A DNA stretch of 64,000 bases from Eledone cirrhosa (taxonomy: Eukaryota). The position numbers and the translations under genes were made by a program. How positions within the stretch are numbered: position 1 is the first letter of the stretch; each line of letters starts with the position of its first letter. The notes below the pieces were generated by a model. The model was given only the letters and a program-made list of their open reading frames with translations, searched no databases and had not been told where the DNA came from. The DNA is taken from positions 361,460,001 to 361,524,000 of the forward strand of contig OZ024743.1 in NCBI GenBank assembly GCA_964016885.1, read 5' to 3'. Shown in pieces: positions 51,117 to 64,000 of the stretch.

Positions 51117-52965
51117 GCTTTTCCTGTTTCACTTTTGCAATTAGACACTTAGTATAGCTTTATGAATATTTAAACCTCTACTCCTGTGTTATAATGTGCT
51201 GAATGCTATGTTTCCCTTTTGAATTGCTAATAGCAATAATAGATATGCTCCTCATTGTATATTCTATTTGGATTTGTATTATATTGAGATTATTGCAAGT
51301 CAATAAATAATTAATATTTTTTAAACGATTTATTTGTTTTTACTTTTATCATACTTCGAGACACAAAACGTGTCTATAGATAAATTCTAAAATTCTTTTG
51401 TTAAATTTGATTTCTCTATCCCTAAGAATACATCTAGCTTTTTATTAATTTATTTGATTTAAATATTGGTTGATGTATTAATTTCATTGATAACCCTAAT
51501 TAATTTGTTCAATTATTGCCACGACACTTCTAAATCTGTATGATTATATGCCGTTTCTGGAATGAGTATCTAAATATGTATGAGTATATGCTGTTTCGTT
51601 TCAGTTATAATTGAGCAGCATATTGTGTGGCATGGTATCACACAGCTATATCACAAAGCATGTTTTGGTAGGGTGATTTCCTGAATCTAATAGTATATTT
51701 CGCTCCTAGAAGTAATTCTTTGTTCAGTGCTTATTTCAAACACACCTGTGAATTTTTCCGTTACCTTCCCACGCCTTTTAGACAACACAACCTGTTTCCA
51801 TTGTTTTGAAATCAAGCCGCTTGCATACAAACTAAAACAGAACTAACTGCTGCCAGCATAACGCATGTCTAAAAAATACCTTATTTTTTCCCGTGTATTG
51901 GACAAACTCACTGACGATCCCATGCCGAATCCGTGTTGTTATGCTACTGACTGTTAGACTATACCCTTATTTACATAATTGAAACTAACTAGCTAATTAG
52001 CTGTCAACTGACTAACTGGTCATTAAATCAACATCATGAATCTCCCAACATTTCTTCCCCTTTCTCTCTATAGTCGTATCACCTCCATTAAGATAAAACA
52101 ATCAATCTACCAGACCTTAATCACCCATATGTCATCACTGTCCCTTTCACTTTTTATTCTCTATTTATCTATATACTGCTCTCCGATCCTTAGTCCTATC
52201 TTTTATGTCTCATCCTCGAATCCCTATTCTCTATTTTCTATCTCCTGTTCTTTATCTCTTTCTCTCTTACATTTTATTTTTTATTTGAATCCTCTAATAT
52301 TTTTTATATTTTTTGCATTTTTATTTCGCCAATTCATGAACTCAATACACTATATTAGCACGACGTCCACTCACCATCATCCCGCCTATCATATAACGTA
52401 TTTCTTTTCATGTTATTGTTATCATTACTGTCATCACTATTTTGCACATCCGCTTACTCACCATTATAGCTTCAACTACCACCACCACTACTACTATTAT
52501 CAGTAACCGTATTTTTTACTTTTTTATCATTTTTATTTTTTTATTATTTTTTTTATTATCTTTTATTATTGGTGTTATTGTTTTCATTCACTTGATTTTC
52601 CGATGTGTCTATAAATACCAGTGCCATGTGTTACACCATTCACTATTCCGATGATATGATCGGAGACACAATGTATTTAATATCGAGTGACGAAATTTCG
52701 AGTGGTCAGCGGCCTTTAGACTCACCTAATCAATGAAACAATTGTGAATACTGTAAATAAAACCATTTTTGTACAGCCGACCATATTATTCTTCACTCTT
52801 TCACGATTATTACTCGAAGAATAATCTACATGGGAATTCTCGTAACCTCGCTACCTAACTAAGGAAACCTTTTGTTTCGTCAAACAACGCCGTACGTTAA
52901 AACTATCCATAATACAGAGTACTCACAACCTCTACCTAGATTACCTAAAACGATAACTTGTTATC

Positions 52966-53032
<67 letters not shown>

Positions 53033-53074
53033 AAAATGAGGCTTTAAAAAACGTGATGTCTTACACGGGTGATA

Positions 53075-53198
53075 GTATAAGGAAAAAAGATGAAATCGAA
53101 AATGCAACTGTAGTCTTTTTAAGAATATTTATTTGTTTCCTTTACCGGTTTCACAGTTCTTATGCCTTTCAAAAGTAGAATTGAGATGGAGGGCTTGT
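53075..53198 (-). mobile_element. Solo fragment of the pLTR of the 56-62 kb PLE, including HHR 53140-53175 (another scrap at 18553-18632)
   Basis: Matches 56340-56475. Confidence 0.85.
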
Positions 53199-53239
53199 GA
53201 TATATATATATATACATATATCTTCGACCGCTTATTCAT

Positions 53240-53865
53240 AGGAGGAACGTGGTGCAGAACTTTCAAGCACGCATTCCACCGGGTCCTCTCAGGTGAAGCC
53301 ATCTCCAATTCATCCGGCTAGATCCCCTAGTAATATCATCTGAGTTCATATTTGGTATTCAACCATCTTCCTTGGGATTTACTCCTTGGTTTCCTGCACG
53401 GTGATTTTGCCCGTAAAATCTAAGATTCTTTCCTAAGACATTCTAATAACATGTCCGTAATTGCGGAGCTGTGATCTCTCGATTCGGAGAAGTAGCCCTA
53501 CCTAGAACGAATCTCTGATCTACCAGCCAGGCACACTATCGAGAAACGTTACTTTAAAGACCCTCGGGGGTACCCCATTTCGGTCGCTTGTATTATCCAT
53601 CGTGTTCTTTCGGTCACTACACAAGATTCATGAACATAGATAAGGGTTGTCACGAATACCGAATTGAATATAGCGTGCTTAGTTTGTAAACCTACATCCC
53701 TTCTTTATTGCAGAATACAGAAGCTGATATAATACAACACCACCTCCTGCAATTCTTGCACTTAATTTAACCTTTCATTTGCCTTCCATGAATCGAGATA
53801 CTTGAACATTTCCACCTGCTTCTCTGTAATTCCACTAACATGTGCATGTTATTAAACCTCCTGAG
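53240..53865 (-). mobile_element. RTE-clade LINE 3' fragment
   Basis: QVEMFKYL, ESCVVTERT...IQATEM and LLLRIERSQLR.YGHV.RM, read on the minus strand. Confidence 0.7.
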
Positions 53866-53959
53866 CAAAATATTGATTTCAACGTAATCGCCGAAAGCTT
53901 AATGAAAGAGATGAAATAAATGCACAACAATATATACCAGTAGGTGTACCACACACTAA

Positions 53960-54996
53960 ATATACCAATCTTACCCGCGACTGACGCAAGTATGTCTTTG
54001 TAAACACGATGTTTTCATTGTGGATTAATATGCATTTTAGACATTTCTTTGAAGTATCTATAAAGAGTCTCCATCCATGAGGATCATACTGTAGAGCACC
54101 CATCGTTTTTAACAGTCCCGCCACGTCACAACAATAATCATAATCTTTTTCAGTTTTGAAGAATGCCAAAAGCTCTTTTTCCCTGTTCCTATAAAATGTT
54201 ACATTTGTTTCGTTCTGCAGCATATTCTTCTCTTTAAGTCTAGAAGCTAACAGTTCTGATAACTCATTTAGTCTCTAACTAGATCAGTTCTGCCTGGTTG
54301 AAGTTTTCACGCTTCTTGGTTGCTGTAACTACAAAGTCTTTGTCACTGTTAAGTTCATGATTTTCATCTGATGCACATATATCACTTTCATCTTCCAGTG
54401 AAGGTAATTCTAAGTAAACGGGTAATGGTACTTCATCTGAGTGAGGCACGGGATGAATTGTTGAATCCAGATGTGGGTAACTTATTTTCTGTAGTGTTTT
54501 CTTACTATAACCAGAAGTCTTTTTGAGACAAAAGTAGCGATCTTCTGCATGATTCTTTGGCTCCTGCTATACCATAGGAATGCCAAATACTAGCTGTGTC
54601 TATTGGTGTAGATTTTTGACACGTGGTGTACATACATTGTGCGGGCCCCACGATTTATCCTAATCAACAAGTTTAAGATTAATGTAAGCCAAGTATGCTC
54701 TTCTCACAAATTCACTAATGTTCATTACTTGCTACTGTAAAACTATCGCATATATAGCAAAAAGAGTCAGGGGAATCCAAACATATTATTCTTAATAAAA
54801 CCATGCTACTGAACACCTGTGTTCATTCTTAAAATCAATCTGAAAAGAGGAAAAATAATTATTAGATATAATATATTTACTTACATAACGTGATGGAAAA
54901 AGTATTGTCATTTCAAAACTGAGCGGCACCAAATTACTCAAGAACACGTCTGAAACTTAAGTCAGCAGGCAAAAAGATAAATTATGTTGACCAGTT
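53960..54996 (-). mobile_element. DNA transposase remnant, probably Chapaev3-type
   Basis: DSFCYIC near the start, P.NH...YFC, and CCDVAGLL..MG...YDP..WRLFIDTSKKCLKCILIHN. Possible terminal (c)actggtcaaca near 54995. The superfamily call is from memory of motifs. Confidence 0.6.
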
Positions 54997-55349
54997 ATTT
55001 TATCAGTCGCTTATATATATATATTAACATTATTTCTTTGTGTAAAATATATTATATCTTCGTTTTTGGTCCATTGTATGAGTGGGAATTACAAGTAGCA
55101 AAACATGTATGAGTGGGAATTACAAGTAGCAAAACAATACTTTTTGTATATAAATGCATACATACACATACACACATGCAAACACACCCACGTACACACA
55201 TACATACACATAGACACACACACGCACACATACACACACAGACACATATATATATAACAAAAGGTTAAACAAGGTTCATTGATTAATCAATGAATATAGT
55301 TTTACAATAGATTAGAAGCACTCAACAAACAAGTTTTCTGGAGTTATTA

Positions 55350-56332
55350 ATATTAATTCAAAATATTAATAAATATAGACATTCATGTAATCAAATATAT
55401 TTTATTATATATATTTCAGAGGTACTGTGCTGTTTCCTCAGTACGTCCTCATCAGATAAAATCAATTGATGTCTGACATACCTCAACTGTGCTGATGGTT
55501 CAATTTCAGTCTTGGCAGTGATTAGATATGACAAAACTTAATATTTATATACCATAAGTAGTAACATGACAAACTACATATAATTGAGAGGGTGTGTATG
55601 AAAACGTGTAGAAAAAATAAAATAAATACATATATAGATAAGTAAGATACATAAACACATAAGTACATAACTTAAATATTTAAATAATTAAATATGTAAA
55701 TATCCGTATTAGAAAAAAAAAAACAAATGAGAGAGAGAGCTAAATAGAGGAGAAAAGGAAAGGAGAGAGAGATGAAGATAAAACCGAAGACTATTTAATT
55801 GATAGTTTCTACCTAACTTAATATTGGAAAAAGAACTGTCACACCTCCATTTTCTTTTCCTTATGTAATTATATTATACCATCTATATCTCCCTTTCTTC
55901 GGTTTTATCTTCATCTCTCTATCTTTTCCTTTTCTACTCTATTTAGCTCTCTTTTTCTCTTATTGTTTCTTTTTCTAATACGGATATTTACATATTTAAT
56001 TATTTAAACATTTAAGTTATGTACTTATGTGTTTATGTGTCTTACTTATCTATATATGTATTTATTTTATTTTTTCTACACGTTTTCCTACTCACCCTCT
56101 CAATTATATGTAGTTTGTCATGTTACTACTTATGGTATATAAATATTGAGTTTTGTCATAACTAATCAGTGCCAAGACTGGAATTGAACAATCAGCACAG
56201 TTGAGGTATATCAGACATCAATTGATTTTATCTGATGAGGACGTACTGAGGAAACAGCACACTACCTCTGAAATATATATGTTATATATTTGAATACATG
56301 AATGTCTATATTTATTAATATTTTGAATTAAT
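55350..56332. repeat. Inverted repeat, ~440-bp arms, ~100-bp spacer
   Basis: 55350-55790 is the reverse complement of 55895-56332. Carries CTGATGA-ggacgtactgag-GAAAC at 56232 (+) and ~55455 (-). Confidence 0.92.
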
Positions 56333-56416
56333 ATATATATATAAGGAAAAAAGATGAAACAGAAAATACGACTGGAGACTTGTTTTAAAAAAAATATATA
56401 TATATTTATTTGGTTC

Positions 56417-56452
56417 CTTTACCGGTTTCGCAGTTCTTCTGCTTTTCAAAAG
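56417..56452 (-). ncRNA. Minimal hammerhead with U3:A8 core (family 13)
   Basis: ctt-TTGAAAA-gcag-aagaa-ctgc-GAAA-ccgg-TA-aag. Confidence 0.75.
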
Positions 56453-57317
56453 TAGAGTTGTGATGGAGGCTCTGTGGTTTTTCTCACATCTGGTTGGTCC
56501 TTGAATGTTACTTGTTTTATATGGAAAAAAGTGGCTCGAAACGCCAGGTTTTTAGAGAAGTAATTTGATTGGTTGGTGAATAAGTATAATAAATTTCGCG
56601 CCAGTTCGCGTTACAAAGTTCTCCAAACAAAGAGGAGGGGTCGGGTGGCTCAGGGAATGTTTTCATGTATGAGTGAAGTTTGGTGGGTTGGTGCAGTCAC
56701 GTTGGCTGATGCAGCACATCAGCTATTGCGCCAGTTTGTTTGAATTTCTTTTTACTTAAAAAAAGTGGCTCACGAAGGTTTTTTTTATAAATGTAATTTG
56801 ATTGGTTATAAATGAAATTATGACTACGACGTGACAAGTTAATTAAATTTCGCGCCCGTATTTGGGAATTTATTGTGTCATAAAATTATCTAAAAGGCTA
56901 CAAAATAAATTCCCAAATACGGGCGCGAAATTTGATGAACTTGTTGAAGTGACAGTCATAATTTCATTTATAACCAATCAAATTACATTTTAAAAAAAGC
57001 CTTCGTGAGCCACTGTTTTTAAGTAAAAAGAAATTCAAACAAACTGGCGTGAAAGCTGATGGGCTTATTCACGTGACTGCATCAACCAACCAAACTTCAC
57101 TCATATATGAAAAAACAAACTGAGCCCCCCCCCCCCCTTTGTTTGAAGAACTTTGTAACGCGAACTGGTGCTAAATTTATTATACTGATTTACCAACCAA
57201 TCAAATTACTTCTCTAAAAACCTGGCGTTTCGAGCCACTTTTTTCCCATATAATACAAGTAACATTTAAAGACCAACCAGATGTAACAAAAACCACAGAC
57301 CCTCCATCTCAACTCTA

Positions 57318-57353
57318 CTTTTGAAAAGCAGAAGAACTGCGAAAGCGGTAAAG
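57318..57353 (+). ncRNA. Minimal hammerhead with U3:A8 core (family 13), 5' pLTR
   Basis: Same motif, with stem III reading gcgg instead of ccgg. Confidence 0.7.
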
Positions 57354-60300
57354 GAATCAAATAAATATATTTATATATTTTTTTAAATAAGACTCCAGTT
57401 GAATTTTCGATTTCATCTTTTTTCCTTATACTTTCACTCGTATAGGACACCTCGGTTATTTTTCATTTTGTCAAAAAACCTAACTTTCTAATACATACCC
57501 TCCACACGAAGACCGAAAATGCCACCAAAGTCTCAACAAAACAACTCACTGAACTAAGACATCTTAAATGAACTCAAAGAGATTTCCTCTAAACTTTCAA
57601 TTTTGACCAACAAAGTGGACCAAATACATATCTATAAAAAAAGACCCCACGAAGAAGCAGAAAATACCCAAGAGGCGAATATTACTCCAGCATTAACTAA
57701 ACTAATTGAAACCATTGAAACAGCAATGCTCCAAATGCTGGAACAACCACTAGAACCCAATCTACGAGATGTCCACTCAGTGAAAAACACCCTAATCAAT
57801 ATATGGACTCAAAAGATCACAGCCCGCAAATTCGCATTTTGAAATCTCCTAAAAAATAATGGCAATATATGAAAAGTGGTTAAACTCTACCCCAGTCACC
57901 CTCCCCAAAAGACTCCAAATAAAACCCATCCCGAATGAACCAGAAAACCAACAAAGACTTAGGGAAAATATGGCGTTAGAAAAATGTTAAATAGAAATAG
58001 AACTGTTGCGGTTAAGAGCCAACTCCAACGAGAAAAGATTCAAGTCACTCGACCAACAGATGGAAACAGAAATCTCAAGGCACTCTGAGGCCTACTCTAT
58101 GATACAACCTTAAAACTTTGGAAAGAAAATTGTGAGGATGAAGAACTAACATCCCTTCAGCGATGGGAAAAAACAGCACCTGGTTCAACAACTACGAAAT
58201 GGATTTCAAAAATGAACAACATAGAGATAACCCATTTTTAAAACAAATTAAAACTCACACACCACATGCACAACAAATAACCAAAAAAGTAACAAAACGT
58301 CCAACATACCCCTAGCAAAACTATGACGATAATCCCAGAACCCATAGACAAAACTATAACCCTACTAACAAAAACCGAGATCCCTAACACAAGACAGGAC
58401 CCGATCCGCAGATCACAACCCACACAAAACCTATTCCAAAACTGTAGACCCTGCCCACACAGAACCTGTTCCAAAATCGTAGATCCCAACCCACACAAAG
58501 GAACACAATCTACAACCCGGACTATCTACAAACCGAACCTCAATACGTCCTAGACTTCTATACAAGACCACACAAGAACAGGGAAAATGCCATCAGATAT
58601 AATAATACCATTGAAAAAAAATTCCAGAAAAATCATTTTTTAGACCAAGGCTACAGGACCCACGACACCCGGTGGCACAAACCGATTTTGTAAAACCGAA
58701 AATAATCAACCTTTCAAATACAAACCTCTCAGCCCAACGAGTTAAAATTCTGTCCAAAGGACTGAAATTCACACCAACACCACAATACTCTAACCTCAAT
58801 GAGATAAATGACGATATCTCACACTTCTGTAGAAAATTACATCTCACAGAGGAATTTTTTGACAAGGAGAATAACGACCAATCAATTGTACGGAATAAAG
58901 CAGCTACAACCCAACAAAAGGTAGAAACAGAGTACTGGACAAATTGTGTGACCACACAGCTACTTTCTCATAACATGAACTACCGCAACCTAAACCCAAA
59001 TTCAACACGAATCGAAGGGAATGGAAGATTATCCATGAACTAAAAAACAATACGGACATTATAATTAAGGAAGCGGACAAGGGAAGCACTGTTGCCATTA
59101 TGGATGAAAAAGATAAAAATTCTATGTTCTCTCTCTTACAAAATACTAATTACTATGAAAGAGTAAAAAACTACCAGCAATCAAAAACGATTACCAGATT
59201 AAACACACTGATTTGTCGATACCAGGAAGACTTAACTAAAAAGGAACGCGATTATTTAACACATTTTGAATACAAAACCAGCAACCTTTACGGACTTCCG
59301 AAGATCCACAAGTGGAAAATAATTAACGATGCCTGTAAACAATCCACCTCAGCATGTGTGAACACACAATACCCCCACAGACCTTGAATTAAGACCAATT
59401 GTAACGAGCCCACAATGTGAAACACACAGACTGAGCACCTTTATAGACCTACTACTAAATCCAATTCGCAAACACATACCAAGAGACGATCTGGAACTCT
59501 TAAACCGCCTCATCAAACATGTCAACAACGACAGTATTATTGTGTATTTCGATGTAGTGAATCTCTACACAACGATCCAACACCAATACGGACTAGAAGC
59601 AATAGGATTCTGGCTAGAGAAATATCACAATGAGATACCTGGCAGAATAGAAAAAAAGCTTCATCACCGAGGGATTAACATTTATCTTACAGAACAACTT
59701 TTTTGATTTCGATGGCAGTACTTACAAGCAAATATCGGGGACTGCGATGGGTACAAAAGCCGCTCGAGCTTATGCCCACTTAATCATGGCATACTTAGAA
59801 GTCCAGATATATGAACAGTCCAAATCAAAATACGGATTGAACTTCCACAAATATTTATCAGAAAATTGGAAACGCTACTTGGATGATTGTCTCATCTTTG
59901 GTCCCACACACGCGACCAACTGAATGATTTCAAAAATTTAATTAACGGCATCAATAACCACATCCAATTCACAATGGAATACAGCCAAGACCAACTCCCA
60001 TTTCTGGACATCTTAATCTTAAAAAAAAGACACAAATATGGAAACTGACATACACTACAAACCAACAGATTCCAAACAATTCCTGCTATTCACCTACAAC
60101 CATCCAAAGCACACGAAGACGAACATTCCTTTTAACCTATCAAGAATAATTTGCACAATTGTCTCCAATTATGAAACGCGAAATAAAAGACTTCAAGAAT
60201 TAAAGGAAATTCTACTCGAAAGACAGTACCCACCATTACTAATAAATAATGGAATAGAAAGGGCTAAAGCAATAGGCATTGATGAATTACGAAAACAGAA

Positions 60301-61980
60301 AGAAATTCAAGATACATCCAATATTCTATCATATATATCAACACACAACCTAACAAATGCGGAAGCTTACAACACTATTCACAAGAACGTTCCACTATTG
60401 AAACAAGACCCAAGAATTAAAAAAAGCCCTTGAAACACACAAAATAATCAAAAGCAAAAGACAACCGAAATCACTAAAAACATTACTCACCAATGCCAAA
60501 TTACCTACCACAAACCCACAACCAACTGTCAAAAAATGCGGTCGCTCTAATTGTGGAACCTGCACTCACCCCATTGAAGGCAACACGTATACATTTCAAT
60601 CAGGACAAAATTTTGCTGTAACAAATCACTTCACTTGCTCATCAAAAAATCTACTTTATGCCATTAAATGTAAAGGATGCAATGAAGATTATATAGGACA
60701 AACTAAACTCACACTCAGAAACAGAATGACAGTTCATCGCCAACAATTACGAGATCCAACCTCGAGACAGATACCACTAAGTGCACATCTAGACATATGC
60801 ACAAGTAATAAAACACCTGAATTCCAAGTCTTCCGATTTTACCTTTGTGCTGACAATACAACAGAACAAATACGAATAAATAAAAATATAGACCAGCATT
60901 AAATATAGTTTAATATACATTATGTCAACACCATAACATGCTAACCATCCAAACAGACACATACACACACACATAACACCTTCTACTTTAGAAAATAAAA
61001 ACCCGAACTAAATAAAACTTAACATACGTGTGCACTGACAATACAACAGAACAAATACGAATAAATAAGGAAAATATGTTCATTCAAAAATATTTCTACT
61101 AACGGAATATTTTTCCTACACACACACACACACACACAAAATATATATTCTCTTCATCTTAACGTGCTAGCCATACTCCCACACACACATAACACCCACA
61201 CACACACACACAACTCCCTCCCACATTTATACTAATAGAATCACTTTCCTACACACATACACACAGAAAATATATATATTCACTCCATCTTAACATATCC
61301 CCCCCCACACACACACATAACACCCATACGCACATACACAAGTCCCTCCCCCATTTCTACAAATAGAATCATCTTCCTATACACACACACACACACACAA
61401 GCGCACAAATAAACATGCATATCTCTATTTTCTTTATCTCAACAGAAAGTCTGAATTCTGACACCGCAGCGAACCAGCCATATTCACTGAACCAGAACAA
61501 TTCTCCCCATCCCATTTCTCTTGACCATTATATTTTGTTTGTCATAAAATTCTCTAAAAGGCTACAAAATAAATTCCCAAATAAAGGCGTGAAATTTAAT
61601 GAAACTGTTCACGTGACAGTCATAATTTCATTTATAACCAATCAAATTACATTTATAAAAATAAAGCCTTCGTGAGCCACTTTTGTAAAGTAAAAGGACA
61701 TTCAAACAAACTGACGCGAAAGCTGATGTGCTTATTCACGTGGCTGCAACCCAACCAAACTTCACTCATATATGAAAAAAAACAACCTGACCCACCCCCC
61801 TCTTTGTTTGAAGAACTTTGTAACGCGAACTGCGCGAAATTTATTATACTGATTTACCAACCAATCAAATATATTTCCCTAAAAACTTGGCGTTTCGAGC
61901 CACTTTTTTCCATATAAAACAAGTAACATTCAAAGACCAACCATGTTTGCGAAAACCACAGACCCTCCATCTCAACTCTA

Positions 61981-62016
61981 CTTTTGAAAAGCAGAAGAAC
62001 TGCGAAACCGGTAAAG
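61981..62016 (+). ncRNA. Minimal hammerhead with U3:A8 core (family 13), 3' pLTR
   Basis: ctt-TTGAAAA-gcag-aagaa-ctgc-GAAA-ccgg-TA-aag, with palindromic ACCGGT stem III. Confidence 0.75.
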
Positions 62017-62139
62017 GAACCAAATAAATATATATATTTTTTTAAATAAGACTCTAGTTGCATTTTCGATTTCACCTTTTTTCCTTATACATTCACTCGT
62101 GTAGAACACCTCGGTTACTTTTCAAAAAAACCTCACATT

Positions 62140-62320
<181 letters not shown>

Positions 62321-62744
62321 GTGTATGTGTGTGTGTTCAACTGCGCATGTGTGGATAAGAGTGAACGCTTATGATTAATATATAAGCACATGGACATAAA
62401 ATGAATGCCAATATATGTTGAATAAAATGAATGCCAATATATGTTGCATAAAATATAGATGTTATGTAAGTTTAACACACCTTGTCTCTCTATTCATTTA
62501 TGTTATCTCACAATGTGTAACTACTCTCCGCTCTCATTGCACTGGAAACATGTATTAAGTAGCTTAACACACCAACCAGCACCCGTTGGTATCCAGACAC
62601 AGCCCGGAAGATACAACATAACATATCACATACATACAAGCTTATATATATATATATATATAAATATATATGAATATATATATTTATAGATGTTTATGTG
62701 TGTATATATATGTACGTTCGTATGTACGTCTACCTGAGTGCATT

Positions 62745-62800
<56 letters not shown>

Positions 62801-62808
<8 letters not shown>

Positions 62809-62915
62809 GCTTTTTATTTTTGTCTTTTATAATATCAGTATATGCATACACATAAACACACGATCACATCAATACAGCACACACACACATAAATATAATA
62901 TATATATATGTGAGA

Positions 62916-62958
<43 letters not shown>

Positions 62959-62960
62959 CT

Positions 62961-63026
<66 letters not shown>

Positions 63027-63118
63027 TTATGTGTGTGTGTGCTGTATTTATGCGATCGTGTGTTTATGTGTATGCATATACTGATATTATAAAAGACAAA
63101 AATAAAAAGCACAATATA
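62801..63118. repeat. Inverted repeat (~100-bp arms) around a (TA)n core
   Basis: 62801-62900 is the reverse complement of 63015-63118. Inner pair tgtgagatat/atatctcaca. Confidence 0.9.
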
Positions 63119-63492
63119 TTTTACTTATAGTTTGAGTATATACTATTTAAACAGGATTTGATTCAATACGTCACAAACTCTTTTACACATAATATATCCT
63201 TTGAAAATCTTTCTATTACCTACGTTGCAATATTTTCCACTGAATCATTGATGTGTCAGTATTAAAATTCTAAGTAGAAGGTAAGATGAGCTTTGCATTA
63301 TAAATATGGTATGATGTGAGATTCCTCACCTACTCTAACATGAAACAAGTAAATCAATGTAAACATTAGATTTGGGGATTAAAAATTATAAAGAGATGTT
63401 ATGGATATATTTCGCAAAATCTCATTGTTTGCAAATATTTTAGGATTATAATTGAGTGCAAATATTGTTTCTATCTCTCTCTCTCTCTCTTT

Positions 63493-63535
<43 letters not shown>

Positions 63536-63553
63536 TATATATACATATATATA

Positions 63554-63603
<50 letters not shown>

Positions 63604-63674
63604 AGCAAATTATAAATGTAAACATGTAAGTATGTTTTTGAAACGGTGCGCGAGTTTGAAATTATAAATTATAA

Positions 63675-63883
63675 ATTATAAGCTTTCACCGTATTTTAGA
63701 CTAAAGAAATTTCTAGACTTATAGTGGGGTTTATAACCCTCGGAGAAATGGAAAAAGATGAGTGTTGCGGTACATTGCTCCCATGTACGGCAACACTCAT
63801 CTTTTTCCATTTCTCCGAGGGTTATAAACCCCACTATCAGGCTAGAAATTTCTTTAGTCTAAAATACGGTGAAAGCTTATAAT
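63675..63883. repeat. Hairpin with ~100-bp arms and 7-nt loop; same family as 49890-49995 and 50640-50740
   Basis: Centre gtacat-tgctccc-atgtac. Shares gagtttgaaatta...agctttc.ccgtattt...actaa with 50650-50695. Confidence 0.92.
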
Positions 63884-64000
63884 ATATATATATATATATT
63901 GGTAAACGGAAAAGAAAATGCTGAAAAATTGTTCACAGTGAAAAATAGTTTAATTAGGAATAAGTGAGAATTAGTAATAGTATTGGTTAGTATTCAGTTT

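Larger units (their letters stand above)
56340..62122 (+). mobile_element. Full-length Neptune-like Penelope element with direct pLTRs (56877-57463, 61541-62122) plus an inverted pLTR (56340-56875)
   Basis: IINLS...ILSKGLKFTPTP, IIIKEADKGSTV, LYGLPKIHK, FDVVNLYT, SGTAMGT, WKRYLDD, LPFLDI, YKPTDSKQ, linker KCGRSNCGTC, and GIY-YIG LLYAIKCKGCNEDYIGQT...RMTVH. Many stops and frameshifts. Confidence 0.93.

Overview
AT-rich eukaryotic (animal) DNA with no host protein-coding gene that I can support. The SINE family, microsatellite load and retroelement mix suggest an octopod cephalopod, which is an inference. The window is a mosaic of decayed retroelements sitting in (TA)n, (TG)n and (TAA)n microsatellites. 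It holds at least four families of Penelope-like elements (PLEs; RT plus GIY-YIG endonuclease), a near full-length Tx1/L1-type LINE with a truncated sister copy, an R4/Dong-like LINE, two RTE fragments, tRNA-derived SINEs, Helitron pieces, a hAT MITE and a Chapaev-like transposase remnant. The main signal not visible in the ORF track is a dense set of type I hammerhead ribozyme (HHR) motifs: roughly 28 copies in about 13 sequence families, all folded by eye. Most sit near the ends of PLE pseudo-LTRs or inside small non-coding fold-back elements. Three unrelated families carry the compensatory U3:A8 core instead of C3:G8. One family forms a ~440-bp tandem retrozyme-like unit. Three small elements have interlocked inverted repeats that read across their own end-to-start junction, as expected if they were copied from multimeric or circular RNA. 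Coordinates of decayed elements are approximate, and no activity has been tested.
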